Shown here one piece after another: positions 29,271-38,344 of a DNA stretch of 64,000 nt (position 1 is the stretch's first letter; each line of letters begins with the position of its first letter). The notes under the pieces were generated by a model. The model did not search any database and was not told the origin of the DNA. It worked only from the letters and a program-made list of their open reading frames with translations. The stretch is taken from the IMG/VR virus record IMGVR_UViG_3300032046_005540, positions 104,268 to 168,267 of that record, one strand, 5' to 3'. The position numbers and the translations under genes are program-made. Source of the DNA: a virus.

Positions 29271-30488
29271 TTATTTTGTTTCTGGAATTGTGGTAATTGT
29301 GTATTGAGGATATTTTTTCCAACTTACTACAGTTTCTTTCAAAACATTTTCAATATTTTCAACCATCTTCTCTGAAGAATAATTATCAACAATATGTTGT
29401 CTACATTTAGATGCCTTATCTTTTAACAATTCCTTATTAGAATAAGCTTCCTCTAAAGCTTCTAATACATCTTCATCCGATACAAATCTTTGATCAATAT
29501 AAGGAACTTGTTGACTACCAAATTGACTAATAACTTTAGGTTTAACTAACCAACCATTTTCTTCTGTAATTATTCCACCAGATCCAGCGGTCTCTGCGGC
29601 TATACATGGCGTTCCACAAGCCATAGATTCAGCTAAAGGTAATCCAAAACCTTCTGCATATGCAATGTTTATACTTATATCAAACATATTATATAAATGA
29701 GTTAAAAAAGTATCATCCTGACCTCTTGGTTCACTCACCGCAACTGGAAGATCTGGATATAATGTATTTCGAAGATATAACAAATTAGTTCCTTCAGGAT
29801 CAAAAGGACTTGAATGCAAAAACAATAAAACATCTTTTTTATCTTTTGCAAATTTTGAAAATATTCTATAAAGATCTAATATTCTTTTACGTAAAATATT
29901 TCTTCCTACATATCCAACTATAAATTTAAAATCTACAAGTTGAGGTTGATTTTTAAAAATCTCTTTTTTAAAATTAGAAACTGTTTCCTCTGGAAGAATT
30001 TTAAACACTTCAGTATTTACTCCCATAGGAGCATAAAAAATAGGGGTATCTTTATAATTATTGATTAGTAATTCATAAATAAATTTAGATCCGGCGGCAA
30101 TTGCATCTGTAGAACGGTAAAATATAGTATTAAATTTAGGAAAAGGTTGATCATCCCATAAATGATAGAAAACTAAAGGGCAAGCATTACGAATTTCATT
30201 ATCAATTTCAAAAACATGAGTTAAATGTCTTGGATCCGAATTTATAATCATTACATCTGGTTTATGTTCTTTTAAAACAAAACGGATATCATTAATGTTC
30301 GCATAATTATAAACAGAGTAAAGCACCATCCCATTCCAAGGATATGCTTTAAAAGGTCCTGGATTTATAGAACCTGCAAGTATAATAATTTGATGACCTT
30401 TTGCTCTTAAACCTGTTAACAAATCTTTTCCTACTTTACCATAACCAGTTGGAATTGTAGGGGAATCAGAAAGGTATAAAATCTTCAC
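29271..30488 (-). CDS. GT4-like glycosyltransferase (GTG start)
   Basis: SDSPTIPTGYG; VGRNILRK; EGFGLPLAESMACGTP; AGGAGG RBS. Confidence 0.9.
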   Translation of the reverse strand: MKILYLSDSPTIPTGYGKVGKDLLTGLRAKGHQIIILAGSINPGPFKAYPWNGMVLYSVYNYANINDIRFVLKEHKPDVMIINSDPRHLTHVFEIDNEIRNACPLVFYHLWDDQPFPKFNTIFYRSTDAIAAGSKFIYELLINNYKDTPIFYAPMGVNTEVFKILPEETVSNFKKEIFKNQPQLVDFKFIVGYVGRNILRKRILDLYRIFSKFAKDKKDVLLFLHSSPFDPEGTNLLYLRNTLYPDLPVAVSEPRGQDDTFLTHLYNMFDISINIAYAEGFGLPLAESMACGTPCIAAETAGSGGIITEENGWLVKPKVISQFGSQQVPYIDQRFVSDEDVLEALEEAYSNKELLKDKASKCRQHIVDNYSSEKMVENIENVLKETVVSWKKYPQYTITTIPETK

Positions 30489-30576
30489 TAAAGCCTCCTT
30501 TGACTTTAATTAACTTTATTTTAAAAATACTCCATCACTATTAAATACAATTCAAAACCTCTATTTTAACAAAATT

Positions 30577-31488
30577 TTATGTTACATGAATGATAACACC
30601 ACCAACAGAAGTAGAACCTCCTACAATTGTATAAATTCTAATAAAATACAAAGAAGTAACGGATAATGTAGATATAGGAAGAAGTAAATCATAAAAACCA
30701 CTACCTGCTGGAAAACTTGTAGAAGTTGTAAGAACTACACTTTCTGTTAATGAATTAAGAATATCAACTTGAAGAGTTCCCGGAGCAACAGCAGTCAAAA
30801 CATAAAATCTTACAGTCATAAGAGTACTATCTGCTGAATGTTTATATGCTATTTCAGCTTTCTTTCGTGTTCCACTATTATCAACCCAATACATAGGCCA
30901 AGCCATATTATTTAAAACAGTGCCTGCTTGACGATCTTTATTCCAAGCTTCATCAACTATTGGAATCGCAACTAATTGAGATCTTAATAACAAAAGAGGA
31001 CGTTGATCTGCGCCTAAATAAGATAAACATATTCCTCCACTTTCATCACTAGGAGCAGAACCTTCTCTAAGAATTCTATAACTATCATATGCTCTAGTAT
31101 AATGAAAGGCTCCACTATCATCATTTTCAGAAATACTATATTGCACATCATAATAAATATTTACATAATCTCCAGAACCACTTGCTGTTTTTGAAGGCCA
31201 AGCTGGATGATAGTAAGGATCAGTAGCAATACTACCACTTGCAGTTATACTATCTGGAACATATATTATTCTCCCATATTTATCAATAGCAATTCCTGAA
31301 TTAACAACACTTCCACTAACTTGTAAATCATTATAGGATAAAGAAGGTATTGCAACTCCAGGCTGTTCTATAAGAGCAGCTAAAGTATCCCTAAATAATC
31401 TAATTTTTGAATATTCTATATTATTAAGATCCTGTTCAAAAACATTTTGATCTTCAAAAAATATACTTTTAAAACCATTGTAAGACAT
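30577..31488 (-). CDS. Tail fibre / baseplate-attached protein, paralogue 3
   Basis: Shared N-terminal domain FFxDQ..DLNNIEY...QPGVAI...AxDKxGRxIYVP; divergent beta-rich C-terminus; likely start MSYNGFK. Confidence 0.65.
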   Translation of the reverse strand: MSYNGFKSIFFEDQNVFEQDLNNIEYSKIRLFRDTLAALIEQPGVAIPSLSYNDLQVSGSVVNSGIAIDKYGRIIYVPDSITASGSIATDPYYHPAWPSKTASGSGDYVNIYYDVQYSISENDDSGAFHYTRAYDSYRILREGSAPSDESGGICLSYLGADQRPLLLLRSQLVAIPIVDEAWNKDRQAGTVLNNMAWPMYWVDNSGTRKKAEIAYKHSADSTLMTVRFYVLTAVAPGTLQVDILNSLTESVVLTTSTSFPAGSGFYDLLLPISTLSVTSLYFIRIYTIVGGSTSVGGVIIHVT

Positions 31489-31502
31489 TATACCCTCCAC
31501 AA

Positions 31503-32510
31503 TCAAATAACATCAATAACCATCTCTGAAATCATAGCAACATCTGTTGGATTAACATTTGCTAAAGATACGGTAACATCATATAATACATTAGATAGTA
31601 AAGTTGTAGGTAAATTAATAGAAAAAGAATAACTTCCAGCACCCGCAAAATTATAAGTATCAAAAACAGTAGCAATTATAACCTTAACACTTCCGGGATC
31701 AGAAGCTGCAGAAGCCGTAAAATGAATATTCACTTGTGCTTCTCCATAATATCTAAAAGATGTTCTTGCTTTTAAAATAAGAACTCCCGTGTCTGGTCCT
31801 AAATCTCCAGATTGCCATGCAATAGCAGCAAAAGAATTATTAGCAACATCTGTTGCAACAATTGATTTTCTAAAAATTTCCCTTGCTGGTGTAGTAAATG
31901 TTTGTATAGCACATAATAAAAGAGGTCGAATATCATTAATACTTCCACTACTTGGTATATCTCCATCAGTATTAATAGGAAAACTTGCTAAACATAAACC
32001 ACCACTATTTTCACTAGGTAAAACATTCTCAACAGAAATCCTATAACTATCATATTCCCTAGTATAAAAAGAGGTCCCTTCATCATTTGTTCCTGAAATA
32101 CCCTGTTGAGTTGTATAATAAATATTTACATAATATGTAGTAAGTTCTTCCGGTAATTGATTATGAGCAATATTTTGCCTATCTGGCCATGCTGGATGGT
32201 AATAAGGATCAGTATAAATACTACCACTTGCAGCAGTAGAACTAGGAACATAAATTAATCTACCAAATTTATCAACAGCATATCCAGGATTAATAGTAAA
32301 ATGTTTTGCATCAACATATTCTACTTTCAACGCAGACTCACTAAGAGAATGTATTGCTACTCCAGGTTGTATTATCATTGACTTAATAGAATTTCTAATA
32401 GTTTCAAGTTTTGTATATTCTATATTATTAAGATCTTGAGAATACATTAGTTGATCGTCAAAGAATTTACTTCCAGCACCTCTATAAAGATCAGTAATAG
32501 TTAATACCAT
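31503..32510 (-). CDS. Tail fibre / baseplate-attached protein, paralogue 2
   Basis: Same N-terminal domain; follows the baseplate genes. Confidence 0.65.
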   Translation of the reverse strand: MVLTITDLYRGAGSKFFDDQLMYSQDLNNIEYTKLETIRNSIKSMIIQPGVAIHSLSESALKVEYVDAKHFTINPGYAVDKFGRLIYVPSSTAASGSIYTDPYYHPAWPDRQNIAHNQLPEELTTYYVNIYYTTQQGISGTNDEGTSFYTREYDSYRISVENVLPSENSGGLCLASFPINTDGDIPSSGSINDIRPLLLCAIQTFTTPAREIFRKSIVATDVANNSFAAIAWQSGDLGPDTGVLILKARTSFRYYGEAQVNIHFTASAASDPGSVKVIIATVFDTYNFAGAGSYSFSINLPTTLLSNVLYDVTVSLANVNPTDVAMISEMVIDVI

Positions 32511-32519
32511 TTTTCCTCC

Positions 32520-33566
32520 TCAATCTACATCAATAACAAGATCTCTTACATAAAAAGTTCCCGCATACGTAAAAGTTCGCATCCAAATTTCTACAGAATA
32601 CAAAGTACTTGGAGTTAATCCAGAAACATCTAAAGAAAAATCACATATCTGAGAATTAACAATAACATTATAAGAACCCGAAGTCATTAAAATATGTCCT
32701 GGACTAGTATAAATATAAGCATAAACATATGCATTAGTTGAAGGTTGAGAATAACTTGGAACACAAAATCTAACATTCATTGCTGTTGATCCCGAACGAT
32801 GTTGATAACTAATATCAGCTTTTGTTTGATTATATGCAGTTGCAGTTGCTGCCCAATAATTATTACTAGCCAACGCATTTGCTAAATTAGTAGCTATTCG
32901 GGACAATGCAAAAACTCTTCGAGAACTTGGAACAGAACCACTCGCAGCTACATTTGAATATACTTCCAAAAGAGGTCTCATATCAGTAATTTCGCTAAAT
33001 CTAATATTACCACTATTATTTACTTCAAAACTACCTAAACATACTCCTAAACTTCCTGACCCAAAACTACTTGAAGTTCCAGCTTGAAAATCTTCACAAG
33101 CAATATAATAACTATCATAATCACGAGTATAATAAGATTCTCCTTCATCATCCGATTCAGTAATATCTTGTTGAGTGTTATAATAAATATTTACATAATA
33201 TCTTGTAGAAACACTTGGCACTTTGCTATGAGGTAAATTTTCTCTATCAGGATATTTTGGATGATACTCTGGATCGTCAATAGTATTTCCATATTGAGAA
33301 ACATCATTTGGAACATAAATTAATCTACCAAATTTATCTATTGCAAATCCTGGATTAACAGTAAAATGTTTAGAATCAACATATTCTACTTTCAAAGAGG
33401 AATCAGAAAGAGACTCGATAGCTACTCCAGGCTGTTTTATACAAGCAGCTAATGAATCTCGAATAGTTTTAAGTTTTGTATACTCAATGTTATCGAGATC
33501 TCTATGAATATAATTAACATATTGATCATTAAAAAATATACTTCCAGCACCTTCATATGATACCAT
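32520..33566 (-). CDS. Tail fibre / baseplate-attached protein, paralogue 1
   Basis: Same N-terminal domain; directly after the gpI-like wedge gene. Confidence 0.65.
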   Translation of the reverse strand: MVSYEGAGSIFFNDQYVNYIHRDLDNIEYTKLKTIRDSLAACIKQPGVAIESLSDSSLKVEYVDSKHFTVNPGFAIDKFGRLIYVPNDVSQYGNTIDDPEYHPKYPDRENLPHSKVPSVSTRYYVNIYYNTQQDITESDDEGESYYTRDYDSYYIACEDFQAGTSSSFGSGSLGVCLGSFEVNNSGNIRFSEITDMRPLLEVYSNVAASGSVPSSRRVFALSRIATNLANALASNNYWAATATAYNQTKADISYQHRSGSTAMNVRFCVPSYSQPSTNAYVYAYIYTSPGHILMTSGSYNVIVNSQICDFSLDVSGLTPSTLYSVEIWMRTFTYAGTFYVRDLVIDVD

Positions 33567-33578
33567 TTTTTAACTCCT

Positions 33579-34988
33579 TTACAAAATAATAGATGTATAA
33601 TATGGATCTGCAGAACCACTTTCATATGCTTTTACTGAAAACTGGTGTAATTTAAAACTATCAACAAACCAAGTAAATACATGCACTCTATATTGATAAT
33701 ATCTTTCAACGCTTCCTTTATAAATAACTTGCCCTGAATATACTTCTGACCAAGCACCAGCTGGAGGTAAAGCGTTAAATGATCTTGCTTCAACTCTAAT
33801 TTGGCAATCATACCCTAAATCTGGAACCCAATCATAAGCCCAATCATAATCACTATAAATTAAATTAGATTCTGTAAGATCAATTATAGGACTTGTATAA
33901 ATATTATTAACAATAGCCCCACTTGATTTTACAAAACCCCCAGTTCCAGGAACAGTCATTGTAGTTGAACCACTAAAAGCAGAATCAATAGTTGGAACTA
34001 AATTACCAACTGCTCCACAACTAACTTCAAATACACTTGGATCATAAAAAGAACCACTCGAACCAGAACTAAGTTGAGCTGTTGTTGTTACTGCAGAATA
34101 ATAATTTTCATAATAAACTCTTAAATCAGTATGAGCAGGCTTTACATCTCTCAATGCCTTTTCAATAGCAGTTTGCCTATCTTTTTGAGGTTCAGGTAAC
34201 CAAACAATAATATCTGCTGCAAACTTTCCTTCTAACTTATCATATAATCTTGTATTTTTCCCAAGCTTACTAAAAGTAACTACATAATTACTTCCTGAAG
34301 AAAAACTATGTGGAGGTGCAGTAATTGGATAATAAACTAATAAATAATCCCACCAAGAACCTCCGTAATAATTAGTAAGAATTTGAGTTAAATCAGCAGA
34401 ACCTGATTCTAAAAGTAAAGCACCACTCCATTCATTTTTAAACCAATTTTTACCAGCATCTATAATATAATACGGACTAGTACTAGCAACAGAAACAACT
34501 CCTATCTCTGTTTTCAATTTCCAACGTGGTATTTGATAATATTCTTTTGTATCTGGAGTTATTAAAGTAAAAGCGTGCCCTACTCTTTTCATTGCATTAA
34601 TAGTTCCTCCAGTCATTGCTGCTTGCATTAAAAAGTTTATTTCCTTTCGATAACTTGGAATAGATCCAGATCCATAATAACCAATTATATAAGAACCAGA
34701 CGCATAAGAACCTGAAAGAGGAGTATATAAATCTTCATTAGCATTTTGGTAGAAAAACTTTCGTTGCCCAAAATATGTTCCAAAATTATCATAAAGCTTT
34801 TGAGTAGAAGCAGTATCAATACTTAAATCCTCATACACTTCTTCAAGATCAATACTTCCTGAAGCAAATTCATTCGCATACGTTCTGATAACTTTGTATA
34901 GATGAGTATCATCAGAAAAATATGCTGCATAGTATTTAGTTATTAAACCACGTAATTTTTTTATAAAAGAATTTAACGAGGTAGCCAT
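33579..34988 (-). CDS. Baseplate wedge protein (P2 gpI-like) with insertions
   Basis: Follows baseplate J; YR...GGT...; VKPAHT motif. Confidence 0.7.
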   Translation of the reverse strand: MATSLNSFIKKLRGLITKYYAAYFSDDTHLYKVIRTYANEFASGSIDLEEVYEDLSIDTASTQKLYDNFGTYFGQRKFFYQNANEDLYTPLSGSYASGSYIIGYYGSGSIPSYRKEINFLMQAAMTGGTINAMKRVGHAFTLITPDTKEYYQIPRWKLKTEIGVVSVASTSPYYIIDAGKNWFKNEWSGALLLESGSADLTQILTNYYGGSWWDYLLVYYPITAPPHSFSSGSNYVVTFSKLGKNTRLYDKLEGKFAADIIVWLPEPQKDRQTAIEKALRDVKPAHTDLRVYYENYYSAVTTTAQLSSGSSGSFYDPSVFEVSCGAVGNLVPTIDSAFSGSTTMTVPGTGGFVKSSGAIVNNIYTSPIIDLTESNLIYSDYDWAYDWVPDLGYDCQIRVEARSFNALPPAGAWSEVYSGQVIYKGSVERYYQYRVHVFTWFVDSFKLHQFSVKAYESGSADPYYTSIIL

Positions 34989-34997
34989 TATTACTCC

Positions 34998-36410
34998 TTA
35001 ACTTTTTACAGAAACAGTAACTACTCCAGCTTGGGCATAAGAATCCCAAGGAATTACTAAATTCCCATCTGCATCTTGTGTAATATTTCCAGTTGCTATA
35101 TTTTCTTGAAACTTTGTAAGAGGAACTAAAACATCATCTACTCCTTCAACTGCAGCAATTATTGCTATAATATCTGACTGCTGAACTTCCTGGCCAATTA
35201 AATAACTATTTAGTTTTTCTGTTATTGCAGTTTGAACGCTTGTAGCTAAAGTTGAAGCATCATACCCAGCAAATAATTCAACAGTAGCAGTAACATCTAT
35301 CCAGCGAACTTTTGCTTCCTTAACTAAAACATCTGCACCAACAATCTTTGCACTATCTCCATCAACTGCTGCCTGTAAAGTAGAAATTAATGCATTATAT
35401 ACATAAGTTATTATAATAGTTTCACCATCAGCAAGAATTGGTAAAAAGTAAAATTCATCATTACCACGAACCGACCCAGCATAAACACTAGAATCTTTTA
35501 CAATAGTATAATGAGTACCTTCAGTTAAATTTCCAGTAACACTTCCAACAGCAGAAAAACTTCCACTTACTGTATAAAGATGAACTGGTTGTGAATTAAA
35601 AGTATGATAGTCTGCTCCAGAATAATAAATAAAAGTATCAATTGATTGATTAGAAACTCCACCTCTTACATAAATATCGACAGCACCAAAAGATGATCTT
35701 AATGTATATGCTTCCCCAGGACCTACAACTAAAGCATCTGTAACATTTTCATCTTTCATTACTTGTTCATAATAACCTGCCTTTGTTCCTACATTATTTC
35801 CTAATAAAACACTTTTTACTCGTAATGTTAAAGCTGAAATAGATTCTTCATCTTCTCCTGTAGTTATTGTAGCTTCATTAAAACATCCAGAAACATCTGC
35901 AACAGCAGTAACTAAAACACAAATAGCACCAGCATCAACATTAGCTTGGGATCCTCCAGCAACTGCTCTTATTGGAGCTTCTGCTTCCCACTGACCAGTA
36001 TCAGGATTAAAACTTCCAGGATTTGATATAGTAACAGTTTGTAATGTAACAAATTGTTGAGCACCAACTTCTGCTCCAGGTTTAGTACTTATTGTAGTTC
36101 CTGCTGGAATAGTTGCAGTAGTTCCAGATCTATTATAAAAAGTTACTGTTCCTGTTGCCCGAACTGCGGCTTTTCTTTCCAGTTGTAAATTCTCTGCTAA
36201 TTTTACTAAATCATCTGTAGAAGCTAAATCTGGAGATTGAGCTTTCGAAATTACATCCAATTCAGCATAAAAATTATCTAATTCATTTGCAACCGGATTA
36301 ATTATAACATCTCTTGTAAAAGTTCCTTCTTTCGTGTCCACACTTGGATGTAGCCTTTTCAAAAAGTTAATCATACTTTGAACAATATTTGAAAAACTCT
36401 TTCTCGCCAT
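34998..36410 (-). CDS. Baseplate J-like protein
   Basis: RKAAVRATGTVTF; IPAGT; GEDEES...LRV; GAVDIYV; VEGVDDV. Confidence 0.9.
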   Translation of the reverse strand: MARKSFSNIVQSMINFLKRLHPSVDTKEGTFTRDVIINPVANELDNFYAELDVISKAQSPDLASTDDLVKLAENLQLERKAAVRATGTVTFYNRSGTTATIPAGTTISTKPGAEVGAQQFVTLQTVTISNPGSFNPDTGQWEAEAPIRAVAGGSQANVDAGAICVLVTAVADVSGCFNEATITTGEDEESISALTLRVKSVLLGNNVGTKAGYYEQVMKDENVTDALVVGPGEAYTLRSSFGAVDIYVRGGVSNQSIDTFIYYSGADYHTFNSQPVHLYTVSGSFSAVGSVTGNLTEGTHYTIVKDSSVYAGSVRGNDEFYFLPILADGETIIITYVYNALISTLQAAVDGDSAKIVGADVLVKEAKVRWIDVTATVELFAGYDASTLATSVQTAITEKLNSYLIGQEVQQSDIIAIIAAVEGVDDVLVPLTKFQENIATGNITQDADGNLVIPWDSYAQAGVVTVSVKS

Positions 36411-36422
36411 AAATTTCTCCTT

Positions 36423-37334
36423 TTATAAAGAAACACTGCCTTGTAATATTGCCATAGATCCTTCAACATTTGTTATTCTTACTTTAAAACCTAATTGCCT
36501 TGGATCTCCTTCAATTTCATAAATTTCAATATTTTCTATTTTATCAATTAATTCTTTTAAAGAAAATTTATATCCTCTCTCAATACCATCACGTTGTAAA
36601 TAACGTAATCTTAAAACAGCATCCATAATAGACTGTTTTAATTTAGTCTCTCGAAATCCTTCAGTTTGTAATGCTCCTACACTATTAATAACATAAGATC
36701 CATAATCTGCATAAAATGGATTATCACCTTTAGAAGTTATTGTAATTTTTACTAATTCTTGCAAAAGTTTTTCTACTTCACTAACAGTAAGAACATCGCC
36801 CAAAGGACTAAATTTTATATCATAATAAAAACCTTTTCCTAAACATCTTGGACAAGTATTTAAAGTAAATTTTCCGCTTGGTAAATTGTGATCACAAATA
36901 TGCTCTAATTTAACATCATACAATACTAATTTTGTTTCATCTTTAGTTTTTAAACTAAAATTTGAAACAACTTTTGAAATTTTTGCAAACGAAAAAGAAT
37001 CTGGCGATGTTGCTGGAATAATTTTTGCATCTGATAAAATAATCTGTTGTCTTATATAAAAAACAGAGGCATCAGATATAATCGTTTGTTGCAAGGTACT
37101 TATAATATTAGCATTTGATATAATTAATTGTTGAACTCCTGTTTTAATATTAGCATCAGATAAAATAATTTGCTGAATATTTTCAACTAAAATATTAGTA
37201 TCAGATATAATTAATTGTTGAATCGTTACTTTTATATTTGCATCTGAAGTAATTAATTCTTGCCGTGTTTGAGGAACAAATTCATATGCACCTATATCAT
37301 ATCCACATATTTGTATTGGTCTAACATGAATCAT
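36423..37334 (-). CDS. gp25-like baseplate wedge protein with N-terminal QQxIxSDA repeats and CxH..CxxC finger
   Basis: About six QQ repeats; CDH...CPRCLGKG; KLLQELVKITIT..GDNPFYADYGS; directly before baseplate J. Confidence 0.7.
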   Translation of the reverse strand: MIHVRPIQICGYDIGAYEFVPQTRQELITSDANIKVTIQQLIISDTNILVENIQQIILSDANIKTGVQQLIISNANIISTLQQTIISDASVFYIRQQIILSDAKIIPATSPDSFSFAKISKVVSNFSLKTKDETKLVLYDVKLEHICDHNLPSGKFTLNTCPRCLGKGFYYDIKFSPLGDVLTVSEVEKLLQELVKITITSKGDNPFYADYGSYVINSVGALQTEGFRETKLKQSIMDAVLRLRYLQRDGIERGYKFSLKELIDKIENIEIYEIEGDPRQLGFKVRITNVEGSMAILQGSVSL

Positions 37335-37345
37335 ATTATATCCTC

Positions 37346-38344
37346 TTACAAAGGTCGTGTATTACCATCATGATCGGTGTATATTCCAACATCTGTAGCA
37401 GTGCTTATACAAGGAGAAGATCCTAATAAATAATAATCTGAATTCGAAACGTCAAAAAATTTTGGATCTCCTTCTTTTCCATTAGCTTCCTTCCCATTTA
37501 AAGAACCCGAGCCCGCCTGAAATACTGTTAAATTATCAAATTCACAATCTCCTGCTTCAACCCAAACATCCACATAAACAAATTGCCCATTAGTATATTG
37601 ATAAAAATTATAATCTATATGAAATTTATTATTCCAATCAGATACATGTTGGGGGTAATACTTAATCAAATAATAACTCAAAGAACTTAAAACTCCAGCA
37701 AAAATATTATTTTTAATATATATATCAAATAATGCATTATTTGGAGAATATATCACTAAACATTGAGTATTATAGCTTGCATCCTTATCTGTTCCGAAGA
37801 CAGTATTATAATAAAAATGCCCTGTTTCACCATTAACAAAATAAAATGCTACAGCAGGTACAGAATGAATTTTGCCTTCTGCAAAAATATTATTATAAAC
37901 CTGAACCTGATTACATCCATAACCCCCGCCCCCAAATTGAGAGGAATATTTTGTTCTACAATTTCTAACTATTGTATATATACCTACAATACTCACATCA
38001 TTAATAGCACTACTCCCATTATCAACATAAAACCCATCCATAGTAATATAATCTCTTTGAAAATTTGCTCTTTTAATTTTGATTTCTCCTGAATCTCCTG
38101 TATAAATTCCAAATCTATCAGCAATATATTCTATTCTACTTCCAGAACTACCATTATTTACAGGTTGAATTCCTCTTTCTATATCAGTTGACTCAAGATA
38201 ATAAGAACCTGATCCAACATATACAGTATCTCCAGCAACCATATTCATATTAGCATTTCTTAGAGTCTTCCAGGCTCCACTTCCACTCAGCCCATTATTG
38301 TAATCACTTCCACACCATCGTCTAATATAATAAGTGTAAGTCAT
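37346..38344 (-). CDS. Right-handed beta-helix (pectin-lyase-like) protein
   Basis: YY...GSD..NGLS...AWKTL...AGDTVYVGSG; YNNIF, YYNTV, KNNIF rungs; DPKF...SPCI. Confidence 0.75.
   Translation of the reverse strand: MTYTYYIRRWCGSDYNNGLSGSGAWKTLRNANMNMVAGDTVYVGSGSYYLESTDIERGIQPVNNGSSGSRIEYIADRFGIYTGDSGEIKIKRANFQRDYITMDGFYVDNGSSAINDVSIVGIYTIVRNCRTKYSSQFGGGGYGCNQVQVYNNIFAEGKIHSVPAVAFYFVNGETGHFYYNTVFGTDKDASYNTQCLVIYSPNNALFDIYIKNNIFAGVLSSLSYYLIKYYPQHVSDWNNKFHIDYNFYQYTNGQFVYVDVWVEAGDCEFDNLTVFQAGSGSLNGKEANGKEGDPKFFDVSNSDYYLLGSSPCISTATDVGIYTDHDGNTRPL

Noticed and set aside
11116-30488. Host O-antigen or capsule locus flanking a prophage
   Set aside because: No wzx, wzy, ABC transporter or initiating phosphoglycosyl transferase; it contains two of the phage's own endonuclease genes and is bounded by phage genes on both sides
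8149-30551. TTGTATTT in three intergenic gaps (near 8150, 10190, 30545) as a regulatory motif
   Set aside because: Short and AT-rich, and it also occurs in coding sequence; cannot be separated from background by eye
30577-33566. Diversity-generating retroelement or invertible fibre cassette
   Set aside because: No reverse transcriptase, recombinase, template/variable repeat pair or inverted segment was seen
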